A DNA stretch of 64,000 nt from Paraspadella gotoi (taxonomy: Eukaryota > Animalia > Chaetognatha): NCBI GenBank assembly GCA_051294375.1, contig CM119265.1, positions 16,622,005 to 16,686,004 on the forward strand, in the 5' to 3' direction. The notes beneath the pieces were generated by a model, which did no database searches, was not told the origin of the DNA, and was given only the letters and a program-made list of their open reading frames with translations. Of this stretch, positions 53,301 to 64,000 are shown in pieces (positions within the stretch are counted from its first letter, which is position 1; each line of letters opens with the position of its first letter). A program made the translations under genes and the position numbers.

Positions 53301-54950
53301 TCATTCGATCTTCAAATCTTTCAACAATGATTCCCTCGCTTCTACCATTCTCGATCGGGCTTGCTGAAAGGCCTGGACGACGCTGATCAAATGAAACATA
53401 CCACCATGCTTTTCTTTCGCCCCGTGAGCGACGTTTCCGAAAAAGGGCGTTCCCGATTTGGAACGGAGTGACTTCGAGGAGCTCACGAGCGATTGCGACT
53501 GAAAAACCAAATTCATACGCACCCGAACTGATCCGGTTGAGATTGTCTGTAAACCAAACTGGTTCAGGTGAAATACTTCGGACTCGAAATTTTCAACTGA
53601 CGGTTTGGCAATGTAAAAGGGATCGTCCAATTCTGGCGATCCTCCCACGAAGTAACGACGCAGTTCGTCAACGGGACCGCCGACCGGCCTCCAGCAATGG
53701 ATGTCGAGTGAATGGGAACCAGGCCGAGTCGGCAGTGGAGTGACTCCATATCCCTCGGTTCGCGTGCGGTGCCATGAATCACGAGACATGACCTGTAACA
53801 ACAACTGTGGCCACTCCTCGAAAGAAAAGGAAAGCTCCGAGGCCTTTAAGCGATTAGTTTTGCACGGGCGGGCATCTTTCTTTTCCCCAAGATTCCGGTA
53901 GACCAAGTCCAACTCGAAACACTCGCCAAACATGGCCATTCCGGATCTTCTCACGCCGCAGCAATGAGTCGACCCAGTCAAGACGGAGTCCAATTTCGAG
54001 TCGGATTCCGCTGAGGACGACCACCACCATTTACCGGGTACAACGCGCCAGGCGACGTAAAGCCGGTCGTATTCAAATCCGCGGGCGGAGACAATCTCGC
54101 CAAAGCAAGTAAGTCGTAGCCCATCCGGAGGCGGAACCTCGAAGTCGACGCCGACAAGGGTTTCGCGCGCTTTTGCGTGTCGCTCGTAGAAGCGGGCAAG
54201 AATGTTTGATTCTTTTACCATCTCTTCACGCAACATCGGTTCGCTGGCGTTTTCTAGGTAAATTTCCCAAGAGTCGAGGCCACCGAGGGATTCTACGCGG
54301 TAGGGCTGCTTCTGCTCCAAAGGATTGAAGTCCGGGTCGATAATGAAAGTTCCGTTTAGGTTGTAGTGTAGGGTGCAAAGGACGACCTGGACTTCGACGC
54401 CCTCTTCTGCCGGATCAGCTTCTTCCGGAGTTAGATCGGCTACGATTCTCATCGTCCGCCAAACTGATCCCTGCTTAGTTTTTCCACCCATTACGGAAAA
54501 TGATTCGACCGACATAGGGCGCGGAATTTCTTCATCGGGTGATCTGATCAATGAAACGTTGGCATCGAGGGCGGCGTCAACATCGACGTAAGAAAATATC
54601 CGGTTGGTCGGATGGGGTTCGCCCGCGTTGCGAATAGCCGCAACCGACTTTCGGTACTTTTCCACCAGGGGTGTGTCGTTGGGGGAAGTGGGTCGTCCGT
54701 ATTCGACAAATTCGCGGCGGCTAAATATTTTTTGTTGCCAGGAGACAAGTCGAGTTTCTGGCACCGAGTGAGTCTCTAGCTGACGCATCTGTTTAAGCTC
54801 AACTTCGTCGCCTTGCTGCCGCGCCATCTCGAGAAACAATGAAGAGGATGTAACTCGCTGAAGTCGAACGCGTAAACGGAAGTTTGAAATGGCGTCGCGT
54901 GACCGGTAGACGGCCGTCGATCGCTCACGCTGCGTCGGGAGGGACGGCAT
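53301..54950 (-). CDS. MKS1: Meckel syndrome type 1 (B9-C2 ciliary transition-zone) protein; intronless
   Basis: AVYRSRDAISNFRLRVRLQ, SWQQKIFS, GEIVSARGFEYDRLYV, DSWHRTRTEGYG, LRRYFVGGSPEL, AFQQARSRM. Confidence 0.93.
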   Translation of the reverse strand: MPSLPTQRERSTAVYRSRDAISNFRLRVRLQRVTSSSLFLEMARQQGDEVELKQMRQLETHSVPETRLVSWQQKIFSRREFVEYGRPTSPNDTPLVEKYRKSVAAIRNAGEPHPTNRIFSYVDVDAALDANVSLIRSPDEEIPRPMSVESFSVMGGKTKQGSVWRTMRIVADLTPEEADPAEEGVEVQVVLCTLHYNLNGTFIIDPDFNPLEQKQPYRVESLGGLDSWEIYLENASEPMLREEMVKESNILARFYERHAKARETLVGVDFEVPPPDGLRLTCFGEIVSARGFEYDRLYVAWRVVPGKWWWSSSAESDSKLDSVLTGSTHCCGVRRSGMAMFGECFELDLVYRNLGEKKDARPCKTNRLKASELSFSFEEWPQLLLQVMSRDSWHRTRTEGYGVTPLPTRPGSHSLDIHCWRPVGGPVDELRRYFVGGSPELDDPFYIAKPSVENFESEVFHLNQFGLQTISTGSVRVRMNLVFQSQSLVSSSKSLRSKSGTPFFGNVAHGAKEKHGGMFHLISVVQAFQQARSRMVEARESLLKDLKIE

Positions 54951-55530
54951 TCTTTTTTTTCCGTCGCTTACAACCACCAGACGCTAGCTACAGTAATAGC
55001 TAACTGAGTTGGCATAATTTTCTGCTAGATAAAAAAATATAATTTTTATTTCATTCAAAATGATGCGCGACAACAAAAATTTAAGGTGACTTTTCAACAT
55101 ATTCGAAAAACAGAAGTATTTTTTCACGAAACTAATCCAGTGCTTGAAAGGAAAAAGAAAATATTGGGTTACTTAAAACCTGTACTTTATAATACATGAA
55201 GGCGAAAAACAGCATTTTATCTAAGCAATACGCATTTTTCTAGTGCTAATCAAATAGTCACCTCATAACGGAGGACAGATCTGGAATTTGAGAATAATAA
55301 TTTACATTTGAACACAAAAATTAAAAAAGGAGTTCTATGGCTACCAGACATTCAAAAACGTATAAAATATGATGGTAAATATTATTCTTAGTTTTGAATC
55401 ACTACCCTGAACTACATATGACATAACGTCAGGCACAGCGGCAAAAGAATGGAAAAAGAATGTTCGTCGGAGGCTTTTTTACTGCAATTGACTAGAAGAC
55501 TCTTGAATCCTTGGCTAGAAAAAAAATCCT

Positions 55531-58500
55531 TTATATCTCTTCCATTTGTAAATCAAAAGCGTCTTCGATTTCCGCTTCGTAGTTGTAAAACGCAGCGTGC
55601 ATTACAATGAAAACGATAGAGGCCCCTATCACCCAAAAGACGGCCGTACCAGCACCTAGTGTCGGAGTAAAGTGTAAACGTCACGTTATATAATATCATA
55701 ATATCTACAATAAATGAGGAGATAGTGTGTCCCAATGGTACTGTCTGTTAAGAAAACCTTACCAGATCGAAAAGAATTTAATTAATTATAGGATACGTAA
55801 ATTGAACAAAGCAAACTCCTGTACAATTTATGCGTTTATCTGTAATGCTGTATGTCCTTTTGAATGTACTGTTTCAACTAATTGTTGTAAACGAATAAAA
55901 CACATATATTACATAAAGCAATTGGTAATTTTTTTTTTCCCGTGATTTTTTATATGCAGGACATTAAGAAACTACCTCATATTTTTAGTTCCAGAGCTTT
56001 TATAATGCAGTAATCATTTTTTAAAAAAAATATCTACTTAATTTGTTCATATTACTTTTTAATTGATTTAAATCGTCGCTGCCTGACCCAAGCCTGATAA
56101 GTTCCATCACTCTGGCTTCTCAAAATCCTGAAGATCAATGACATGCCAATGATAGCGGTAGCCGTCCAAATTCGAACCATGAGTAATTCGCTAATTAAAA
56201 TTAGTATATTGCTATATAATGTTAAAATCTTTTTTGGAACATTTAAATTTTTTTTTAATTGAAAAATGTAATTACAACTTTTTAAAAGTTTGATGTTTTA
56301 TTACTGAAAATTAGCAAAAACTGCTAAAATCATTGGATGATGACGATGAGGATGATTTTTTTAGGTTTTTTCCAATTTTGACCCACTTATCATCAAAATA
56401 TTGAAAAAAGAATTATACTTTGTGTGGACAACTTTTTATAAGCTATCTGAATCTGCTTTTAAAAATATAAAATTCAAAAAATTTTTTTTACATTTCCTAT
56501 CTATAAATAAATATTAAAAAATTAATTACTAGTGCTTCATACATTTCTGAGAAAACTTTCAATGGACCAAAATTTTCTAAAATGGCAAGAAGTTTAATTT
56601 GGGAAGGTTCTCAAATAAAACTTCTGACCCACCCCATTGACAAAGTTTGGCTCTACCAATGACTCGGCTCATCGTCACTACCCCATCTAGGGGGCCAGCT
56701 TTATTTTGAGCTCTTTCTTTTTCTTATCAGAGGAGGATTTAGCCTGCCGTCCAATTCTCCTCTTCCTCTTCTTTCCTCCTCCTCCTGCCCCTCAGTATAT
56801 TTTTTCTTGCAATACATTCTCTCGTTTCTACACTTCACGAAATATACCATTATTTTCCTCTGTTTCTTCACGCCTTCAATTCCCCTGGAGCTTATCTTTC
56901 ATTGCGATTGCGACGATAAAAATGATGTTTGTCTGTCCGTCCCCCCTTAGCATTAAACTCCAATAACTCGTGATTGGATGGATGGATGGATTGGAATGAA
57001 ATTTTGTGTGTGGTTAGGAAAGTGTGTGATTGAGATGGATATAAATTTTCGATGGAATCGTCCGAGTGGAAAAGGGTTTAAATGGAAAAAACAAAAGTCA
57101 TGTTTACTTATAATTATTATATTTATTAAAATTGGATAGATAAATTGAAATGAAATTTTGTGTGTGGGTAGGAAAGTATGTGATTAAGCTGGATATTTAT
57201 TTTTGATATAATTGTAGGAGTGGAAAATTCAAATAAATGTGTCTTTTGGTTTTCTATCTTAAAGTTTCTCTCTTTCTCTGATTGATTGATTTACCAAATT
57301 ATGCCAATTGATAAATTATGCCAGTTGACCAAATTATGTCAGTTGACCAAATTTAGCAAGTGGACCAAATTATGCAAGTAGATTAAATTATGCAAGTTGA
57401 TTAAATTATAAAATTTGATCAAATTATGCCAGTTGACCAAATTATGCGCAGCTACTGGTAATGATTGATAGATCAATTGAATTATAGATTTTTTATAGAT
57501 TTATTATGAAGTCTGTTATGATTTGTTTTTTTACGATTTGTTATGTTATAATTTGTCATGCTCTGTTAAGATCACAAATTGAAATTCAGATTTATCATCG
57601 GATTAGCTTATAACCGCTTAATTATCGTAGGCAGATCCGACATTGTTTGCTCAAACTAGTTTTAATATTTGTTTATTTCTTTTTATTAATGTACTTATTT
57701 TATATAAATTAAAATTTAAATAATTTATATCTATTTAAAATATTCTTTTACATAATTTTTTAAATAAAATAAAAAAAACTATCTAGAAATAAAAAAGTTA
57801 GAAATGAGCACTCATTTAAATTGAATGTTCTGCAAAGAAAAATTGATAAAAATTGTATTCGAAATATAGTATCATAAATGGTAAGAACTTATCTTGATAT
57901 TGTTATCTCAGAAATAAGATTTAATAACACAGTTCCGCACAAGATGTAAAAGTTAACCGACAGTACCATTGGGACACACTTTAAAGAGAGAGACAAAAAG
58001 AGAATATAAGCTTGAACGAACCAGCGAGAATGAAAATGGGAATGGAAGTGATCCCGACGCCGGTGTACTGCTGCGCGAGGGAGACTTCCTTTCCCATAAA
58101 GCGCATCTTTCTTTCCTGGTTCTTCAGCTGCAAAATATAGCAGGCGCCAAGCGAGGCTCCGATGGCGATCAGCAGCATCGGAGACGTTAACAGGCAGTAG
58201 GCGATCAGGACGACGAAAACGAAAATATAATTGCTCTGGAAGTGATCGATGTTGCGCGCCAAACGACGACCGAGTTTAGGAATGGTGTTGGGAGGCGCAA
58301 ACCTAAAAAATTAACATACTTATTATTAAAGTGAAAACAAAAGAGAAGTAAATAAAATAAATTACCTCTTAGTGTTGACGAAATCTCCCCAGGGCTGTAC
58401 TTTTTGACGACGATCGCTAACCCACTGACGCATGGCACTTCCGGCCGGGGTGGTTGCCATTGACATTATAGACGAAGCGATTGATGGAGAAGAAACCGGG

Positions 58501-58583
58501 GAGCTACTTTTTCCGGCGGAGCCTTCATCATCCATGAGTGGTATTTTGATCTCCATGTCGCCGCTTAAGTCGTTAGAAGCCAT
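55531..58583 (-). CDS. RABAC1: Prenylated Rab acceptor 1; 3 exons
   Basis: QPWGDFV, RNIDHFQSNY, AGAGTAVFWVIGAS..HAAFY, acidic end LQMEEI; exons approx 58583-58366, 58302-58022, 55655-55531. Confidence 0.93.
55723..57981. mobile_element. TIR element filling most of the PRA1 large intron
   Basis: agtgtgtcccaatggtactgtcNgttaa at both ends in inverted orientation; flanks TGAGGAGA/TAAAGAGA match 6 of 8 (possible decayed hAT TSD). Confidence 0.75.
56895..57659 (+). mobile_element. Non-autonomous Helitron-like element with internal 18-bp tandem repeats
   Basis: gtctgtccgtcc near 5' end; (ttgaccaaattatgccag)n at 57290-57450; 3' hairpin followed by CTAG|T. Confidence 0.65.
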
Positions 58584-59353
58584 GGTATATATGTTACTTC
58601 TCAATGATCTAAAATTATAAAAAGACACGAATACCGGTAATTGTAAAAAATTTTCTTTTGCTTCAGAGAAACTACTTGATCTTTTCATTTCCATAATATC
58701 AAACAAACTTAATGAACAGCTTAGAAAAAATCAAAAGACCAAAATTATATTTAAAAAAAAAATAGTGTGTTTATCAACTGATCACTTCAGCAACCCAAGC
58801 TATTATGGTTTGATTTAAAGCCACGAAAAAAAATGCCCATTTAGCTTTTTAAATAACAATACTACGTCTGATGAGACAAAGTTAATAGATTCTGGAACCA
58901 CAATAAAAATTATGCTGTTTAGAATGCCTCGCCTCGGAAAAAGTAAATCTGTAAATATAAAAACCTGCATTTGTATTATCTGTTCTAGACCTCATTTGAC
59001 TAGTAAACAAGCAAATATATAAGTAATAAGAAGATCTATGAAGTAACATATCCATAAAAAAATTCAAAAAATAAAAAAAACGGCCAAAAGAAGGCAACCC
59101 CATCACAGACCAGTAGAACAAGTAACTAAGCGCATTGATATATTAGCTGAATACTTCACATGGAATAAAATATACAAAAAGTTTTAAATTTCAAAAAAAC
59201 ATTTTTCTACCACCCAAAATCTAAATTGTGACAACTTCACTTAATTCAAAATTAAATATTCAGCAACAAATGACCTACTTATTTGGCAGCTACGTAGCAA
59301 ATAGGGCTCCATCTGACTGCGCAGAGCCAATATATTACAAGAATTAAAACTTC

Positions 59354-60928
59354 TTAGGGTCCCCGCCAGTTGTAAACTTCTCCGGAATAAACGTATCCGT
59401 TGGCCTGAGCGAGTTCGTCGTTTTCCTTCGGTCCTCTGGTTCCGTAAACGTACGGAATGGGCTTCGGCTTTTCCCTCTCGATGCGATGTAGAAGAGGAGT
59501 GAAGATACGCCACGCCTCAACCAATTCGTCGGAGCGAACGAAGTGAATCTGGCTGCCGCTGAAGACGTCGAGGATAAGTCGCTCGTAGGCGTCCGGGAGC
59601 ACGATGCCTCCGTACCGATGCGAGTAGGTAAGATCGAGCTCGGTAAGCTCGCACCCAAAGGTCATCCCCGGTTTTTTCGTCATCACCTTAACGTACACGG
59701 CTTCGTTGGGCTGGACGCGAATTACGAGCTCGTTGCGCTGCACATCGGGACCGAAGATATCGCCAGAGACGTCCTTGTATTGAATGCGAACTTCGGCCTT
59801 TCTCTCGTTGAGCGCCTTGCCGCACCTCAAAATGAACGGCACGCCCTCCCATCGCTCGTTGTTGACGCGGATGACGGCGGTGGCGAAAGTAGGGGTAGCA
59901 GAGTTGTCGGGTACGGTTGGGTCATCCCTATACCCTTGACGGGTTTCGCTATCGGCCGGAGCGTCAGGATTGCCCACGTACTGACCGAGAACGCAATCCT
60001 TGAGTTCGATCGACGGTACAGATTTGAGAACCTTTACTTTTTCGTCGCGAATATCTTCCGCGTTCAAGGAAGGTGGTTTCTCCATAGCGACTAGTGTAAG
60101 GATCTGCAGAAGGTGGTTCTGCATGACGTCGCGAATGATGCCGAAGCCGTCGAAGTAGCCACCGCGACCCTGCGTTCCAAAAGGCTCCTTGAAAGTGATG
60201 ACGACGGAGGCGATGTTGTCTCGGTTCCAAGTCGGTGCGAAAATGCGGTTGCTGAATCGCAACGTCAACAAATTCTGAACCATCTCTTTGCCCAGGTAGT
60301 GATCAATTCGATAGATCTCATCCTCAGCGAAGCGCTCCTCTAAGTGCCTCGAGAGTTTTAGAGAGGATTCGGAATCGTGACCAAACGGCTTCTCCACGAT
60401 CAACGAGATCTTCCCGTGGCCCTCGCGGCAATTTTCCGAGACGAGAGCGGACACGGCCAAATAAACGCTCGGGGGCAAAGCCAAGTAAAAATAAACTCGC
60501 TTGTTCTTATCCTTGCAGACGCCGTTGATGTGGTCGTTGAGTTTAATGAAATCCCCGGCCAAATCATAACTTCCCTTTACGTACGAATTGATAGCAAGAA
60601 ACTGGGAAAATTTATTCCCGTTATTTTTTTGCTCTTCTATAGTAAGTTTAGAATGTGGCGCTATTCTCGCTCCGATGTCGGCGACGGTCAAATCGGACCG
60701 AGCGTAGCCAACGATGCGAGAGTTCGCCGGAAGGAGTCCATCTCGGAAGAGCCACCACAACGTCGGGTAAATCTTCTTCTTGGACAGGTCACCCGACGCT
60801 CCCAGAACGACAAAGATGTGCACTACTTCCTTCTCCACCGAGACTGTCTCCCGGACAGCGGCGATGCCGGAAGCACGATGCTCTTGTGAGCCCTTCTTGT
60901 GACGAGTTTCGGGTTTGGCGGAAGACAT
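59354..60928 (-). CDS. G6PD: Glucose-6-phosphate dehydrogenase; intronless
   Basis: [33 protein letters not shown]. Confidence 0.98.
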   Translation of the reverse strand: MSSAKPETRHKKGSQEHRASGIAAVRETVSVEKEVVHIFVVLGASGDLSKKKIYPTLWWLFRDGLLPANSRIVGYARSDLTVADIGARIAPHSKLTIEEQKNNGNKFSQFLAINSYVKGSYDLAGDFIKLNDHINGVCKDKNKRVYFYLALPPSVYLAVSALVSENCREGHGKISLIVEKPFGHDSESSLKLSRHLEERFAEDEIYRIDHYLGKEMVQNLLTLRFSNRIFAPTWNRDNIASVVITFKEPFGTQGRGGYFDGFGIIRDVMQNHLLQILTLVAMEKPPSLNAEDIRDEKVKVLKSVPSIELKDCVLGQYVGNPDAPADSETRQGYRDDPTVPDNSATPTFATAVIRVNNERWEGVPFILRCGKALNERKAEVRIQYKDVSGDIFGPDVQRNELVIRVQPNEAVYVKVMTKKPGMTFGCELTELDLTYSHRYGGIVLPDAYERLILDVFSGSQIHFVRSDELVEAWRIFTPLLHRIEREKPKPIPYVYGTRGPKENDELAQANGYVYSGEVYNWRGP

Positions 60929-61269
60929 CTTTGATCGTGAGACTCGTTGGAAGCTTCGAAAAATAAGTTACCCGCGACTGACGTTAGTTAATAGTGTATG
61001 GACCTGCCTCTCTTAAAATGAAAGTAAACGTAAAAAAAGAACAAAAAAAGGAGAAGAAAACTAAAATTAACTATTTTATTTAAAAAAAAAAACAACAAAA
61101 AAACCACAGGCAATGGAATAAAAATTAAGAAGAATTTAACTCAAAATGTTTAATAAATCATTATGATTGTCATATAAAATTGTTAACGAGTTTTTTTTAT
61201 TAATTTCAATCTCAGCACAATAATCTATTTGTTTTTAAGTTAACTCTTTTTTGTTTTACTTCATAAATG

Positions 61270-62391
61270 TTAAAGTCTTTCCTCGCGTCCGATATACATT
61301 TCAATGAGTTCGTCGGCCGCGTCGGCGGGAGCGAGACGACCATCGCTCACCCTACTCTCTATGTCTCTCGCCGAATCCTGACCCACTCTCGCATAAAACA
61401 ATTCTAAGAGTCTAGAGTTCACTCGGTTCCACATCCAAACCTTTAACTGTTGCTTCCTGCGCGCCTGAAACTCTCCCGATTCGATCATGGTCATTCGAAA
61501 CTTCTCCATCAGATCCCAGAGATCTTCGAGGCCATCGCCGGTTTTTGACGAGACTCGTTTGACGCAGGGTCGCCAGGACGAACTCCGCGGTCGCACAAAT
61601 TTGAGGGCGGAGGTGTACTCGGCGGAGATCTTTCTGGCGGCGTCAATGAGATTCCCGTCGCTTTTGTTGACGACGACGACGTCGGCGAATTCAATGACTC
61701 CTTTCTTGATTCCCTGAAGCTCATCACCGCCCGCCGGCGGAATGATCAACACGAACATGTCGACCATGTCGGCGACGGAGACTTCGCTTTGACCGACGCC
61801 CACAGTCTCCACGATTACGATGTCAAATCCACAGCATTCTGCCAGAGTGACGCTTTCGTTGGTGACGCGAGTGACTCCGCCTAAGGCGCCCGCATTAGGT
61901 GAAGGCCGGATAAAGGCGCTAGGATTGACTGAGAGTTCTGGCATCCGCGTTTTGTCGCCCAGAAGAGACCCGCCTGAGGTAGTGGAGGAGGGATCAACGG
62001 CAAGAACGGCAAGTTTGTAGTTCTTACCAATCAAAAGTTTGCCAACTGACTCGATGAAGGTGCTCTTGCCGGCCCCGGGGGGGCCCGTCAGTCCAATCCG
62101 AAATGACTTGGGGACGTCGAGATTGACGCGACGATTATGCTCGAGCACCATGGAAAGCAATTTTTTGGCATCAGCACGCTTGCGAGGGTGCACTGATTCC
62201 ACCAAAGTGACACTGCGCGCGAGTGCGGCACGCTCCCCCCTAACGATACCCTCAAAAAGATCGTGGACACTTGGTTGTTTCACTTTGAAATGGGAAAAGT
62301 TTGATTCCCACCGTCGAGCACAGATTGGGGTGTTCGGCAGTCCCTGATGAAATCGAAAAAAACGATTTGCCGGGAAGCAGATTTTCGACAT
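61270..62391 (-). CDS. MMAA: Mitochondrial methylmalonyl-CoA mutase GTPase chaperone; intronless
   Basis: Presequence; GPPGAGKST, VDPSS..GGSLLGDKTRM, ETVGVGQSE, GDELQGIKKG, NKSD. Confidence 0.96.
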   Translation of the reverse strand: MSKICFPANRFFRFHQGLPNTPICARRWESNFSHFKVKQPSVHDLFEGIVRGERAALARSVTLVESVHPRKRADAKKLLSMVLEHNRRVNLDVPKSFRIGLTGPPGAGKSTFIESVGKLLIGKNYKLAVLAVDPSSTTSGGSLLGDKTRMPELSVNPSAFIRPSPNAGALGGVTRVTNESVTLAECCGFDIVIVETVGVGQSEVSVADMVDMFVLIIPPAGGDELQGIKKGVIEFADVVVVNKSDGNLIDAARKISAEYTSALKFVRPRSSSWRPCVKRVSSKTGDGLEDLWDLMEKFRMTMIESGEFQARRKQQLKVWMWNRVNSRLLELFYARVGQDSARDIESRVSDGRLAPADAADELIEMYIGREERL

Positions 62392-62441
62392 TTTTTAAAA
62401 TCCTGTACATGTATATGACTATGAATGAGAATGAGATAGAT

Positions 62442-63722
62442 CTAGGTAAGTGTAACGTTTTTTATTTTTTCTAAAATCGTCCCTATGATCTTATTCAAGT
62501 ACTGTTCGGTATTTTCATCTTTGATGAACGAGGGAAAAACGTTGAGTGTAAAATCGGGTCCAAAGCGCTCAAACTCGGAACATTCTGCAGGGACTTCTTC
62601 GGAAATTTCTTTCTCCAAAATTGCAGCTGTCAATAGGGTCCAGCATTTGGCAGTATTCACGTGATTATAACCGCCTCCGCCTAAGACTAAAGTAGGAACT
62701 GGGCAAAATCCTCTCAATGACTCCAAACAACGCCGCATGCCTAATGGAGTAAGATTAAAGGCGAGGTTGGGATCGCCGGAAATGCAATCAGCGCCGCACT
62801 GTACGACGACGGCATCTGGTAAAAATTTTTTTGAGACTTCGCCGACTATTTTACAAAAAGTATAGACATATTTGTCGTCCCCGATTCCGTTTTTAAGCGG
62901 AACGTTTACGCAGTGACCCAGACCCTTGCCGATACCCTCCTCGTCGACGCCGCCGGTGCCAGGAAAAAATCCCGCCTCAAATTTGTGAAGCGAAACCGTG
63001 AAGACCGAGTTAGTGTGCCGAAAGGCTTCTTGCACGCCGTCGCCGTGATGAAGGTCCAAGTCGATGTAAAGGATTCGATTAAAAGTCTTTGACAACTCGT
63101 GAACGGCGATTACGACGTCGTTTGCGTAGCAAAATCCCGAGGCTCGATCCCGGTGTGCGTGGTGCCAACCGCCCATCCAATTTATGGCGATACCGCACCG
63201 ACCTTGCGTAAGGGAGCGGGCAGCCGCTAGGGAAGCGCCGACGCAAAGTTGGACAAAATCAAACGTTCTCTTCGTCGGGGGACAGTCGTAGGCCAAACCG
63301 AAGTCCTCGCCGGATTGGTCGACGTCGTCGTCTTCGTCAGCGGCGTTTGAATCGCGTAAGTAATTGATGAATGACGAATCGTGAAAGGAAATCAATTCGT
63401 CGTAAGAAGCCAAATCTGGTTTAATGATCCTCGTCTCCTTCAGCAATCCGTAACTCTGAACGAGCGAATGGAGCAAGAGTGCTCGACCGGTAATTTGTAC
63501 CAACCCGTTGCACCGCAAAAATAATCGCTCGGAGAAGACGTAGCCGACTGATGATGGAGCTAGATAAGGTTTACTAACTGTGAGGGACGGTAGAAGGACT
63601 GGAGTGTCTCGAGAGTAATTTCCGATTTTTTTACGAAACCGCCCATCGAATGAGCCATTATTAGCAAGAACGTTTTCGTCGTCGTCGTCGGAATTTAAAT
63701 CGTATGCACTGCAATGGGACAT
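62442..63722 (-). CDS. HDAC8: Class I histone deacetylase 8; intronless
   Basis: FGLAYDCP, GGWHHA, DLDLHHGDG, HKFEAGFFPGTG, GGGGYNHVNTAKCW (HDAC8-type); ATG 63722 directly after TTCCAG. Confidence 0.92.
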   Translation of the reverse strand: MSHCSAYDLNSDDDDENVLANNGSFDGRFRKKIGNYSRDTPVLLPSLTVSKPYLAPSSVGYVFSERLFLRCNGLVQITGRALLLHSLVQSYGLLKETRIIKPDLASYDELISFHDSSFINYLRDSNAADEDDDVDQSGEDFGLAYDCPPTKRTFDFVQLCVGASLAAARSLTQGRCGIAINWMGGWHHAHRDRASGFCYANDVVIAVHELSKTFNRILYIDLDLHHGDGVQEAFRHTNSVFTVSLHKFEAGFFPGTGGVDEEGIGKGLGHCVNVPLKNGIGDDKYVYTFCKIVGEVSKKFLPDAVVVQCGADCISGDPNLAFNLTPLGMRRCLESLRGFCPVPTLVLGGGGYNHVNTAKCWTLLTAAILEKEISEEVPAECSEFERFGPDFTLNVFPSFIKDENTEQYLNKIIGTILEKIKNVTLT

Positions 63723-63903
63723 CTGGAATAAGCCCAACTCTGAAATCTTTGATCGAATATCGTATATTGTAAAAAAAGAGTAGATAAATTCCTGGCACAA
63801 TTTGATAATTTAATTTCATGATTAAAAAAAAACGAACCCAAACGCCAAAAAAAGTTTTATAAAACATCACATTTTCAGTCTGTTAAAAGAAAAAAATGGA
63901 GCT

Positions 63904-64000
63904 TCACTTGCAGATGCCGATGACCCCGCAAGCCAGCCTGGCGCCAGCATTCCCTGTAATGAGGCTAAGATCATGGCCTCCTTTGCCAAGATCGTCGACG
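63904..64000 (-). CDS. SOD1: Cu/Zn superoxide dismutase, C-terminal end
   Basis: [31 protein letters not shown]-stop. Confidence 0.93.
   Translation of the reverse strand, partial: VDDLGKGGHDLSLITGNAGARLACGVIGICK

Noticed and set aside
57290-57450. CRISPR-like periodicity (also 5248-5385 and 26265-27230)
   Set aside because: Head-to-tail repeats without unique spacers, eukaryotic context and no cas genes.
58866-58900. CTGATGA hammerhead core
   Set aside because: No stem II followed by GAAA.

Overview
Eukaryotic (animal-like, compact invertebrate) genomic DNA with GC-richer exons and very AT-rich, transposon-laden introns. I cannot name the species from the sequence. Eighteen consecutive genes, mostly housekeeping, lie head-to-tail on the minus strand across the whole 64 kb. 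In transcription order they are SOD1 (3' end), HDAC8, MMAA, G6PD, PRA1/RABAC1, MKS1, a USP deubiquitinase, POLR2K, EXOSC5, a PWWP protein, RRP9, NSE4, MCM6, a YME1L/FtsH-like gene, RECQL, a small mitochondrial-type ORF, ASH2L and CLCC1 (runs off the window). Most stop-to-start gaps are 50-400 nt, many ATGs have an apparently unpaired splice acceptor just upstream, and a TTCGTGGCY motif recurs in four gaps. Together these suggest a very large polycistronic (operon-like) unit resolved by SL trans-splicing. The only plus-strand genes are nested in introns of the YME1L-like gene: a C2H2 zinc-finger gene and a small 4-exon ORF. The YME1L-like protein has a degenerate AAA motor but intact protease motifs. 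Introns and gaps hold hAT MITEs with 8-bp TSDs, CACGG-ended foldbacks, TA-flanked MITEs, a complete TRIM, Helitron/Helentron-like pieces and decayed hammerhead-like motifs. Exon boundaries were read by eye and need RNA confirmation.
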